DNA of 64,000 nucleotides from Eledone cirrhosa (GCA_964016885.1 OZ024740.1:181474001-181538000); one strand, 5' to 3'; counted from the stretch's first letter, positions 13,407 to 25,657 are shown. Notes: a model not told the origin generated them from the letters alone. Program-made: numbers and translations.

Positions 13407-14537
13407 TGATTTTTCTGGAATGTTTTTTCATTGGTATTATTATATCTAATGGTATTTCCCCTGTTGTTGTGTGGTCTTGTATAGAAGTTTCGGACGTATT
13501 GAGGTTCGGTTTGTTGATAGTCCGGGTTGTAGATTTGGTTCCTTTGTGTGGGTTGGGATCTATGGTTTTGGAACAGGCTCTGTGTGGGCAGGGGTCTACG
13601 GTTTTGGAATAGGTTTTGTGTGGGTTGTGATCTGCGGATCAGGTCCTGCCTTGTGTTCGGGGATCTTTGGTTTTTGTTAGTAGGGTTATAGTTTTGTCTA
13701 TGGTTTCTGGGATTATCGTTATAGTTTTGCTGGGGGTATGTTGGACGTTTTGTTACTTTTTTTGTTATTTGTTGTGCATGTGGTGTGTGAGTTTTAGTTT
13801 GTTTTAAAAATGGGTTACTGTATGTTGTTCATTTTTGAAGTCCATTTCGTAGTTGTTGAACCAGGTGGCGTTTTTTTCCATCGCTGGAGGGATGTGAGTT
13901 CTTCATCCTCACAGTTTTCTTTCCAAAGTTTTAGGGTTTTTTTGTAGAGTAGGCCTTCAGAGTGCTTTGAGATTTCTGTGTCCATCTGTTGGTCGAGTGA
14001 CTTTAATTTTTGTTCGTTGGAGTTGGCTCTTAATCGCAACAGTTCTATTTCTGTTTTAAATTTTTCCAATGCCATCTTTTCCCTAAGTCTTTGTTGGTTT
14101 TCTGGTTCATTCGGGATGGGTTTTATTTGGAGTTTTTTGGGGAGGATGATTGGGGTAGAGTTTAGCCACTTTTCATATATGTCTGCCTTGCCATTATTTT
14201 TTAGGAGATTCCAAAGGGCGAATTTGCGGGCTGTGAGCTTTTGAGTCCATATGTTGATTAGGGTGTTTTTCACTGAGTGGACGTCTCGTAGATTGGGTTC
14301 TAACGGTTGTTCAAGCTTTTGGAGCATTGCTGTTTCAATGGTTTCGATTAGCTTAGTTAATACTGGAGTAATATTCGTCTCTTGGGTATTTTCTGTTTCT
14401 TCGTGGGGTCCTTTTTTATAGATGTGTATTTGGTCCACTTTGTTGGTCAAAATTGAGAGTTTAGAGGAAATCTCTTTGAGTTCATTTAAGATGTCCTGGT
14501 TCAGTGAGTTGTTGTTTTGTTGAGACTTTGGTGGCAT
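13337..14537 (-). pseudogene. PLE1 ORF1 (~400 aa; helical, coiled-coil-like N half and Q/N/R/P-rich C half), broken near 13820-13875
   Basis: A 240-aa ORF starts at ATG 14537. An ATG-less open frame ~13830-13337 (YSNPFLKQ...NHFLDQG...ILKNRK*) continues it and overlaps the start of the RT frame. Confidence 0.7.
13400..13406 (-). promoter_or_regulatory. Putative -1 ribosomal frameshift slippery heptamer U UUU UUA
   Basis: Phased CAT TTT TTA in the ORF1 frame; a -1 slip enters the RT frame (FRPRLQDSRHPVAQTDFEK). Confidence 0.7.
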
Positions 14538-14701
14538 TTCGGTCTTCGTGTGGTGGGTATATATTAGAAAGTGAGGTTTTTTTTACAAAATGAAAAATAA
14601 CCGAGGTGTCCTACACGAGTGGAAGTATAAAGAAAAAGGGATGACATCGAAAATGCAACTGAAGTCTTATTTTTTGTTTAAATATATATATTTATTTGGT
14701 T

Positions 14702-14739
14702 CCTTTACCGGTTTCGCAGTTCTTCTGCTTTTCAAAAGG
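14702..14739 (-). ncRNA. Type I hammerhead ribozyme, U3-A8 core variant
   Basis: cctt TTGAAAA gcag aagaa ctgc GAAA ccgg TA aagg. Confidence 0.78.
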
Positions 14740-14922
14740 TGAGTTGAAATTTATTATAATTATTGACAAACCAATCAAATTACTTCTCGAAAAATTATTG
14801 ACAAACCAATCAAATTACTTCTCGAAAAACCTGGTTTTCGAGCCACTTTTTCCATATGAAACAAGTAACATTTAGAGACCAACCAGATGTGAGAAAAACC
14901 ACAGACCCTCCATCTCAACTCA

Positions 14923-14960
14923 CCTTTTGAAAAGCAGAAGAACTGCGAAACCGGTAAAGG
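14923..14960 (+). ncRNA. Type I hammerhead ribozyme, U3-A8 core variant (inverted pLTR)
   Basis: Identical to the 14702-14739 motif, on the opposite strand. Confidence 0.78.
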
Positions 14961-15091
14961 AACCAAATAAATATATATATTTAAAAAAAAAATAAGACTT
15001 CAGTTGCATTTTCGATTTCATCCCTTTTTCTTTATACTTCCACTCGTGTAGGACACCTCGGTTATTTTTCATTTTGTAAAAAAACCCTCAC

Positions 15092-15459
<368 letters not shown>

Positions 15460-17083
15460 GGTGGTTGTATGTGTCTGTGTGTCTGTGAGTGTGATGACTT
15501 CCTCATCAATATGCATGACATACATCAATCTAAGTATATATCTATCCGTCTATCTCTCTATATGTGCACTGAAAACCACAGATACATACATACATGCATA
15601 TATACATCTATGCATACATACATACTTACATTCATACATACGTACATGCATACATACATATATACATATAAAATTAGATACAACCTAGGAGTTTATGGAT
15701 ATTTTCTTTTAGAAACCTGCCATTTGAAATCTAATTAAACTTCAGGTTTTGTATTTCCGGCAGCAACATTTTTACCAATCTTTAATAGTCTGTCTCTCTT
15801 AATATTGGTTTATATGGCATCTCTTCGTGTGGGTATTTGGTATTTATGTTTAATTTTTTATCTTAACCGCAACTTTATATACATATATATGATCTGCTTC
15901 ATTGAGAGAAAGTATATATTATTATTTCGGTTTTCGTTATATATACGTGTTTGTACTTGAATGTTTGTATGTGTGATAAAAAAAGTTATTGTCTGAAAGA
16001 GAGAGAAAAAGAGAAAGCTATATAAAATATCTATATACGTGTACATTGTCTTATGTCTGAGTGTGTAGATATGTATACATATATATAAATGTGTGTGCAA
16101 TTGTGGTGTGCGTGTATGTACGCATGTGTGATTTGAAATGTTTATATCCATATATACAAATACTTGAAGACGGGAAACTATATTCATTGCGTGCAAGCGA
16201 TAGGAACTTGTACATTCGCGGTATATTTAATTAAATATAAGAAATTTATTCTCTACAAAATAGTGAACGAGAAGGGATTAAACTGATATGGGATATGCAT
16301 CAGATCACGAAATAATGTCCAATTTGGTAAACAGAAGTATGATTGAAACTGCACAACACCTCCGATAATATTTGAGCAGCGCTGATTTTGTTATTCAATT
16401 GATTCTAGCAGGGTGGTGTCTAGTAAGTCGATTTTATTTAAAGGGTAAAATCTACGTTCGAGAAGAGCTCGTTTGTCTTATATCATTTTCTAGTATTTTT
16501 AATACGATATTTTTAATACGATAGATTTAATACGATAAACATATCTAGCTTTCTTAGTGCAGGTACTACTACTTAATTAATATAGATGTGAAATAATTAT
16601 TGAAGCAATATATGCCTGTTATTTGTTGTTATTTTTTGTTGTATTTAGAATTTTCACCTCTTCCGCGTGTCTTTAATTTTAGAAATTAATTAATCATTAA
16701 TCTATTGCATTTTAGGTAGATTTGTTTTTATTGCTGGTATTGTGGACATAGAGTTATTCGAAGTGATTGCATGCTACTATTGCATAACTTCAGTTTCATA
16801 AAGCTAAAATTTTTTTTTAAATGTTTACACGTATGGACACCACAAAAACACTTGCACATACAAGCACATATACATAGTTATATATACAAACTTACAGACA
16901 CAAGAATACATAGTCTCTTATAAGTTACGATTTTTTTTTTGTATTTCATTTAACGTCGTACGAGGCAATTGAATAACAAATTGAGCGAGTGAAGGTAGGA
17001 AGATTAAAATAACCCATTCTCACTATTTCTCCTTCTCCTATTCATATAACTCTTACACATATGTGCACATACACATACACAAA

Positions 17084-17152
<69 letters not shown>

Positions 17153-18050
17153 ATATATATAATCATAAATATATCTATATATATATCTAAATATATACAT
17201 ACACATATATATATATATGTGTGTGTATATATTTAGATATACATATAGATATATACACACATATATATATATATATATATGTGTCTGTGTGTGTGTGTGT
17301 GTGTGTGTGTACATATAGGGCTAAGGGGTTTAAAAGAAAGAGATGAAAGAAAGAAAGCGCCTTATATAATGTTCAGAGCCAAAATATATAATATGAATAA
17401 TATCTCAGCACAAATGCCTGCTACCTGAAGTTTCAAACTTCAACCAATGTAGAACATAAATATTCTATTTCTGCCATTTCAGTTATCAACGACCAAAACC
17501 GAAAAGGCTGGATGATATTTCACACAGGAGATCTCGTCAGATGTACGGGATGTATTAATGGGATAATAGATTTTATGTTTTGTCACACAGTAAAATTAGA
17601 GTTTTCTCAGCGTGAGGGGTAGCCGTAAGCATCTGGATACAATTTGGATGATAACATTGTTTGTTAGGGTCTTAAGATATGAGCACGAATCGAACGGAGA
17701 GTGGAAAAGGGAGGGAGAAAGAGAGATTAAAGTATGAGATGAGAAATAAAAGGTTATGTATAGAGAGAAGGAAATAGGTAGAGAGGGGTATAATGTGGAC
17801 GAAAACGATGGAGCAGGACTTACGGAAAAAAAATGAAGATATAGATAGAAATATGGAGAGAATATACTAACAAGAAAAGGTACTTAGCGTTGTCGGAATC
17901 ATCAGTTTCCCTACAACGCTGTTACATAATATATATATATATATTATGTATATATATATACAATATATATATATATATATATTATGTATATATATATATA
18001 TTATGTATATATACATAATATATATATATACATAATATATATATATATAT

Positions 18051-18300
18051 AGTGAAAAATGGAACGGGAACAAAACAGAGGCAGTACGAACAATGGTTTA
18101 TTAGTTTCACGCTCTTGAGAGTGGGGGTGGGGAACGACGTTTCGGGCATAAGCCCATCTTCAAGCGAAACGTGTGTGGGAAGAGAGTTCCGAGGGTGTGT
18201 AGGAGAGTGGAGGAGAGACATTTAGAAAAAGGGGGGAGGAAAGGGAGGAAAAATGGTTGAAGGGGTACAAATAAAAATAAATATAAACAAAATAAAAATA
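18051..18300 (-). mobile_element. Solo PLE-type pseudo-LTR with an HHR-like motif (18132-18166)
   Basis: Minus strand TTGAAGA t gggc ttat gccc GAAA cg TC, then AATAAA, ending at (TA)n; stem I is weak. Confidence 0.55.
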
Positions 18301-19030
18301 AAAATAAACATGAAGATAAACAAGTGGGGGAAGGGTGGCCCGTGGAATGGGGAGAGGAAGGCGGGGTGTCCGAGCGGGGAGGGCTGAAGGTGGTGTGTGT
18401 GTGTGTGTGTATGTTAATGTGAGAGTTGGGGGAAGAACGAGGTTCCATTTTCAGGAAAAGGTGTGGGGGGGGTTGTAGGCCGGTGTGTGTGTGCGCGTGT
18501 GAATGGGGAGGTGGTCAGATGGGTGGTGTGGGAGGGTGTCATGCGGGGGCTGGAGGGTGTATTAGTAGAGGTGTTAGTGGGATGTGTGTGTGTTTGTGTG
18601 AAGGGGTGTGGGTGGAGAGGGAAAGAAAGATGTGGGGGACGATGGAGGGAGTGTAGTGTACTGGTGTGCGTGTGCTGGTTTGGATGATTTTGTGTGTGAT
18701 GAAGGGGGTGTTAGTGGGTGTTAGTATACTGGTGGTGGGGAAAGAGTTGAATGCGGGTGTGTTAGTGGGGGTCAGTGGCGGTAGTGTGTGTAGAGTGGAT
18801 GGTGTAAGTGCGTGTGGGTGTGTGTGTGTGTTCGTGTGCGTGGGGTCGGGGGGATGTTAGTGGTATTAGTTGTGGTATGATGGGAGTGGATGTGTGGGTG
18901 AGGGTTAGTGTTGGTAGTAGGGTGTGTGGATAGTGTGAGTGCGTGTATATATGTACCGGTGTGTGTGCGTGATAGGGGAGAGGGGTATACATATATATAT
19001 ATGTATGTATAGATATAGATATTTATATAC

Positions 19031-19092
<62 letters not shown>

Positions 19093-19299
19093 TTATACTT
19101 GGGGAGGGTCATATTTTTGTAATATTGCCAGAATTAATAACAGAACACACTCACTGTTTGGTTGGTTTTCGCTTCTCGCTGTCTTTTATATCTGCGATCT
19201 AACTTAATCGGTCCTCAATGTTGCCATTGACTGACCGACGGTCAAAAATAATACAGATACAATATAGACACAAACACATATATATAGTTTACATAATTT

Positions 19300-19342
19300 A
19301 CATAAATCTTTCGTTGCACATCTGCAACATCGTCAGTGGTGT
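19300..19342 (-). ncRNA. Type I hammerhead ribozyme (PLE2 inverted arm)
   Basis: CTGACGA t gttgca gatg tgcaac GAAA gatt TA tgt. Confidence 0.72.
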
Positions 19343-19613
19343 TATATTTTTTTTTTCCTCCTGTTGTGTTGTATGTCTACGCCATTTTTTATTCAGTCTG
19401 TCTATATATATATTTCTTTATTTGCTTGTTTGTTTATTTTATTTTGTCTTCTTTGCGCATGCGTTTGCGTGTGTGTATAGCGTTATGTTTGCTGTGTGAC
19501 TAGTGTGTATAGTGTTGTGTCTGCTGGGTGACTAGTGTGTGTTTATGTGCTTGTTGTTATTGTGCTTGTGTATGTATTTATTTATCTTATTTTATTTAAT
19601 TTTATTTACTTAT

Positions 19614-20955
19614 TTATACTTCTCCTAGGTCAGTGTTGTTTGTTTGGGTGTTGTTGTTGTTCCACTCATTCTTTCTGTTTAGCTTTGGTCTTCTAATTTC
19701 TATTTCACTGGCCTCTTTGATTTGCCTATCTGCTGGGTCATTCCTATGTTTAGATATTATTCTAATTTCTATGTTGTCTATGTTACCGTCATGTTGTTGT
19801 CTAGCATGTTCGTATAGTACTGACCCGTTTTTTCGTCCTTTCAGTTCCCGCCAGTGTTGGTCTATCCTTTCACCTATGCTACGAGCTGTTTCGCCTATGT
19901 ATGTTGTTGTCATGTTTCTGCAAGTACCCTCTATACATCTTATGCTATAGACTACGTTTCTAGTTTTACAGTTTATCCGGGGGTTCACCTTACATATGAT
20001 ACATTTCCTATTGGTACAGTGGGTTTTCTTAAAAGGGTAGGTTTTGCTGATCAGGGATTTTATGGTGGTTCCTGGCTTTTCTACCACCTTTATTTTTAAG
20101 TGGGTCTTTCTCAGGGCCTTTGCACACTGGTTAGCTAATATCCCTCCAGGGGTGGCGTCCACAAACATGACACTCTGATATCTCTGGTTGTCGTACCATG
20201 ATGTGGCCTTCCCTATCTTATGTCTAGCCCTATCTAAGCTATTCCATGATTTGCTCCTGTATAATGGGCAAATTCCTTTCATGTCCAGTTCTATGAGGGT
20301 CTTATACTTTTCCATGGCTCCTTCGTATACTCTGACTCTGTCTCTTTGGTTGTAGCCAGAGAACTGCATGCAGTTGATGAAGTGTTGGATGTGTCTTTCC
20401 ATTTCTGTTGGGTCGCACATGCTGGACACATTCTTCATCACTCGTACCAAATCTGCGATCAGAATATTAAACTTAGCACTACTGGACATTGCTGAGTTTT
20501 TGAATATCAGGTATTTGGAGGCCATGGGTTTAGCATAGTGTGAGTGGAGAATTTGGGCTCTCTCGTCTATAGTGTAAAACCAGAGTTCTGTGTCTAATAC
20601 AGGTAGTCTATTGTTAGGGTGTTTGGAAGGGAAGTCGATAGTTACAGTTATACTCTGGTGTATGGAATTAGCTATCTGCTGGATGCTTTCCATCGTGCTA
20701 CGTTCTAAATCAAACTTGTTAGTGCTCTCTAGTGGGGGTGTTCTTATAACTATATTGATATCGTCTACATAACGAGAGTACATGATAAGGTCTATGGAGC
20801 TTTCATTAAGGAGATCTTTAAGTCTCCTTTCCCACCATACCATAAAAAGGTTGGCAACATCACCAGCTATGCTGACGCCGCTGGCTGCTCCTTCATTTTG
20901 GGTGTAGATTTTCTCATTGAACTTAAATAAGTGGCCCTTTAGGGTAGTTTTGATA
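19614..20955 (-). pseudogene. Inverted-arm copy of the PLE2 RT C-half and GIY-YIG domain (open frame)
   Basis: The C-terminal ~445 aa of ORF 19614-21260 are nearly identical to the protein encoded at 22352-23693. Confidence 0.9.
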
Positions 20956-23693
20956 ATAATAATATTAGAAACATTAACCACAGACACAGCAACAGCGACC
21001 ACAGTAGTAATAACGGTAACAATACGAACAACAACAACAACAATAACCACAGTGGTAATAATGGAAATAGTACATGTAGCAACATCAACAAAAACAAGAA
21101 ACATAATAATAGTAACAACCACAGTGGTAGAAATAACAGTAACAACAACAACAATAACGGTGAAGTAAACAACACTACATCTAGCAATCATAACAATAAT
21201 AATAATGCTAATGATAGAAACAACAACAACCACCCTGATAACAACAATAGCAACACACACAACTATGACGATAGATATAATGACAACCCCTTAGAGAAAC
21301 TATTTTTCAACCCAGCTGACAAAACACATAAGATGGGTAATATCTATCCTACGAGGTTACCCTTTAATAAAAGAGTTTGCATACCACAGCAAATAGATGA
21401 CGTGACAGGGGCACAGTTCACCATAGCTAGAAATAAGATTAGACAAGTAGTAGACAGGTATACTAAGAGACAGAGCAGACTAGAGGCCCAACAACTTGGG
21501 AGGAAACCTGTAGAAGGCTTGGTTAGCCTCAAGCAGCACACAAGGGATGGTGAGGTAGTGTGTCTACCCACAGATAAGTCTGGTAGGATGTCAATAGATA
21601 GCATGCCGAACTACATCGAGGCTATGCAACCCAACATCACCAACACGAGCGAAGTTGCACAACAAACACACGATGGGAGAGAAAAAATCCACAACGCTCA
21701 CATGATGATGTGGACTGACATCCTAAAGCCAAGCAGACGCACTGCCAACAACTTCCAGGCGTCTAACAATGGCATACCACCCTTGTATGGGCTCTGCAAA
21801 GACCACAAGACAGTCGACGACCCGACAACAGGACCACCAACAAGACCCGTATGTGGAGTTAATATAGCTAGCAACTACAGGATCTCCTACTTCCTCACAA
21901 TGGTTATACGCCCCATAATCAAGATGTCCCCAGATGTATGTGAAAGTACAGAGGACCTCCTCAGCAGAATCAGTGAGTGCAACAAAAACAGGAGCCTATC
22001 CAACTGCATAATAGGCAGCATGGATGTGGTGTCACTGTACCCATCCATGAACATTGATTTTGCTGTGAAAATATGTGTGGAGATGATCATTGAGAGTGAG
22101 GTGGAGTTCTGCGACGTCGACACAGACGAACTGGGCCTCCTACTTAGACTTACCTACGACACTGACTACCTAGACAGCCATGACCTTAGATGTTTCTGCC
22201 CTAGTAGACCTATAAGAGGTAGACCCCCCACCATAACCTTAATGGCAAAAAAGACTCCCATGGGAAGGTGGATTGGGTGGACCAAAGCTATACGGACCCC
22301 CCAAAACAATGATCAGGTAAGAAAAATGGTCGCACAGGCAATAGGGGCTAGTATCAAAACTACCCTAAAAGGCCACATATTTAAGTTCAATGAGAAAATC
22401 TACACCCAAAATGAGGGAGCAGCCATCGGCGTCAGCATAGCTGGTGATGTTGCCAACCTTTTCATGGTATGGTGAGAAAGGAGACTTAAAGATCTCCTTA
22501 ATGAAAGGTCCATAGACCACATCATGTACTCTCGTTATGTAGACGATATCAATATAGTTATAAGAACACCCCCACTAGAGAGCACTAACAAGTTTGATTT
22601 AGAACGTAGCACGATGGAAAGCATCCAGCAGATAGCTAATTCCATACACCAGAGTATAACTGTAACTATCGACTTCCCTTCCAAACACCCTAACAATAGA
22701 CTACCTGTATTAGACACAGAACTCCGGATTAACACTATAGACGAGAGAGCCCAAATTCTCCACTCACACTATGCTAAACCCATAGCCTCCAAATACCTGA
22801 TACTCAAAAACTCAGCAATGTCCAGTAGTGCTAAGTTTAATATTCTGATCGCAGATTTGGTACGAGTGATGAAGAATGTATCCAGCATCTGCGACCCAAC
22901 AGAAATGGAAAGACACATCCAACACTTCATCAACCGCATGCAGTTCTCTGGCTACAACCAAAGAAACAGAGTCAGAGTATACGAAGGAGCCATGGAAAAG
23001 TATAAGACCCTCATAGAACTGGACATGAAAGGAATTTGCCCATTATACAGGAGCAAATCATGGAATAGCTTAGATAGGGCTAGACATAAGATAGGGAAGG
23101 CCACATCATGGTACGACAACCAGAGATATCAGAGTGTCATGTTTGTGGACGCCACCCCTGGAGGGAAATTAGCTAACCAGTGTAGAAAGGCCCTGAGAAA
23201 GACCCACTTAAAAATAAAGGTGGTAGAAAAGCCAGAAACCACCATAAAATCCCTGATAAGCAAAACCTACCCTTTTAAGAAAACCCACTGTACCAATAGG
23301 AAATGTATCATATGTAAGGTGAACCCCCGGATAATCTGTAAAACTAGAAACGTAGTCTATAGCATAAGATGTACAGAGGGTACTTGCAGAAACATGACAA
23401 CAACATACATAGGCGAAACAGCTCGTAGCATAGGTGAAAGGATAGACCAACACTGGGGGGAACTAAAAGGACGAAAAAACGGGTCAGTACTATACGAACA
23501 TGCTAGACAACAACATGACGGTAACATAGACAACATAGAAATTAGAATAATATCTAAACATAGGAATGACCCAGCAGATAGGCAAATCAAAGAGGCCGGT
23601 GAAATAGAAATTAGAAGACCAAAGCTAAACAGAAAGAATGAGTGGAACAACAACAACACCCAAACAAACAACACTGACCTAAGAGAAGTATAA
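20952..23693 (+). pseudogene. PLE2 RT-GIY-YIG ORF with an Asn-rich N-terminal region and one nonsense codon at 22473
   Basis: TDKSG, PLYGLCKDHK, RPV, MDVVSLYP, YSRYVDD, LPVLD, C..RKCIIC, NVVYSIRC...YIGETAR and HARQQH. The TGA at 22473 is TGG (Trp) in the inverted arm. Confidence 0.92.
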
Positions 23694-23964
23694 ATAAGTA
23701 TATAAAATAAAATAAAATAAGATAAATAAATACATTCACAAGCACAATAACAACAAGCACATAAACACACACTAGTCACCCAGCAGACACAACACTATAC
23801 ACACTAGTCACACAGTAAACATAACGCTATACACACACGCAAACGCATGCGCAAAGAAGACAAAATAAAATAAACAAACAAGCAAATAAAGAAATAAATA
23901 TATAGACAGACTGAATAAAAAATGGCGTAGACATACAACACAACAGGAGGAACAAAAAAATATA

Positions 23965-24007
23965 ACACCACTGACGATGTTGCAGATGTGCAACGAAAGA
24001 TTTATGT
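23965..24007 (+). ncRNA. Type I hammerhead ribozyme (PLE2 3' pLTR)
   Basis: acacca CTGACGA t gttgca gatg tgcaac GAAA gatt TA tgt; stem I is short. Confidence 0.72.
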
Positions 24008-24689
24008 AAATTATGTAAACTATATATATGTGTTTGTGTCTATATTGTATCTGTATTATTTTTGACCGTCGGTCAGTCAATGGCAACATTGAGGACCGAT
24101 TAAGTTAGATCGCAGATATAAAAGACAGCGAGAAGCGAAAACCAACCAAACAGTGAGTGTGTTCTGTTATTAATTCTGGCAATATTACAAAAATATGACC
24201 CTCCCCAAGTATAACAATATTTGTTTCGACACACGATTTCATATAAAAAACCTCGCTAAACTATATATATATACATATATATATATATTGCATTTGAAAA
24301 ATGTTCGAGTGTATGCCTAAGAGTATATTTGTATATGCTCTCTTGTATGAGTGCCCATGTGTATATAGACATACACACGCATCCAGAGGTATACAAGTGT
24401 GGGTGGTTGCGTGTACCTATATATGTCTGTACTACCGTATTTGCCTAAGCTCCAAAGCCCCTAAGCTATTGCTGTGAAAATATATATCACACTCTACTTT
24501 TGTGTAGTCTAAACAATAACTTTTCCAAACACCCACTTTACTTTTCTTTAACAATAACACCCACCTCGTTTTATGTCTGCCAAATACTTGGATTTGGGGG
24601 CTTCTCTTGTATATATATGCACTTGTGCGTATATACATATATATACACACTTGTATGGATTTGTGTGTGTAGATGTGTGTGTGTATGTG

Positions 24690-24960
24690 GGGGTAGGTGT
24701 GAGTGTATGTACAAGTCAACCAACATATGTCTTTTTATTTGTAAACTTTCTAAGTATTTGACTCTAACCATAATTTTCAGTATTCCCACCCCACATAAAT
24801 TCCTCAATTTGTATGTGTGGATATGTGTGTGTGTCTGTGGGGTTGGGTGTAAGTGTATGTGCAAGTCAACCAACATAAGGCTTTTTATATGTAAACTTTC
24901 TAGTATTCGACTCTAACCATAATTTTCAGTAGTACCAACCCACATAAATTCGTCAATTTA
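24690..24960. repeat. Local direct duplication, ~150-bp period
   Basis: caagtcaaccaacata...gtaaactttcta.gtatt.gactctaaccataattttcagta...cacataaattc.tcaattt occurs twice. Confidence 0.8.
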
Positions 24961-25261
24961 AGAATGACCTGTAGTATCGAATTTCATACTATAAACCTCA
25001 ATTGAATATATTTCTGACCAGGAATGCTTTTTGTGAAAATCAGTCATATGGAACTATTGTCATATTGCCTGACGGTTTGAACTTTACCACCTACTTCTTT
25101 GAGGTCAAATACCAACTCTACTAGCATCTACAAACTGACCAATGAGAATTAAGATTATTCCTGGTGACAACATTAAATTATCCCTAACAAGCTCATATGT
25201 CCCAAGGCTCTGATACCATCAACACCAAAAACACAGAGCTGGCATATCTAAGAACTGACTA

Positions 25262-25317
25262 ACTGCCTGATGAGGTCATAGCCATTCAATGGCTATCATC
25301 GAAATATATATAGCAGT
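25262..25317 (+). ncRNA. Type I hammerhead ribozyme in a solo pLTR related to PLE4
   Basis: actgc CTGATGA ggtc atagcca ttcaa tggctat catc GAAA tatata TA gcagt, followed by AATAAA and (TA)n at 25363. Confidence 0.88.
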
Positions 25318-25358
25318 AAATAAAGGATTATGTGTTCATGAAATTGACTTATGTTTCG

Positions 25359-25403
<45 letters not shown>

Positions 25404-25599
25404 GAAAATAGAGAAATTAATGTGAGCAAGTAGTATTTCATAATATATAAGTGACTATAACGTCAAAATGGAAATATTTAACGTAAGATATGGGAAAATA
25501 GTTCAAACTCAATTCAAAAAAATTATATCCACAGATTTTGTGAAATCCAGGGAAATCCATAAATATATATATATATAAAAATATATATTTATATATATA

Positions 25600-25649
<50 letters not shown>

Positions 25650-25657
<8 letters not shown>

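Larger units (their letters stand above)
19087..24261 (+). mobile_element. Penelope-like element 2, 5'-truncated, with a ~1.87-kb inverted copy of its own 3' part (19087-20955 = revcomp of ~22352-24220)
   Basis: Near-identical inverted arms; RT and GIY-YIG motifs; (TA)n flanks. Confidence 0.95.

Noticed and set aside
20956-21260. Val/Ile-rich, membrane-like N-terminus of the 548-aa ORF 19614-21260 (-)
   Set aside because: It is the antisense reading of the Asn-rich segment, fused to the RT frame by the inversion junction; not a real TM-RT fusion.
22473-22475. In-frame TGA in the PLE2 RT as possible selenocysteine or readthrough (as in some Naiad PLEs)
   Set aside because: The inverted arm has TGG (Trp) at this position, so it is a simple nonsense mutation; no convincing SECIS element was seen.
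24081-24098. ggcaacatt..gaggaccg resembles part of the genomic HDV ribozyme sequence
   Set aside because: The P1/P2/P3 pseudoknot could not be built; treated as a simple hairpin.
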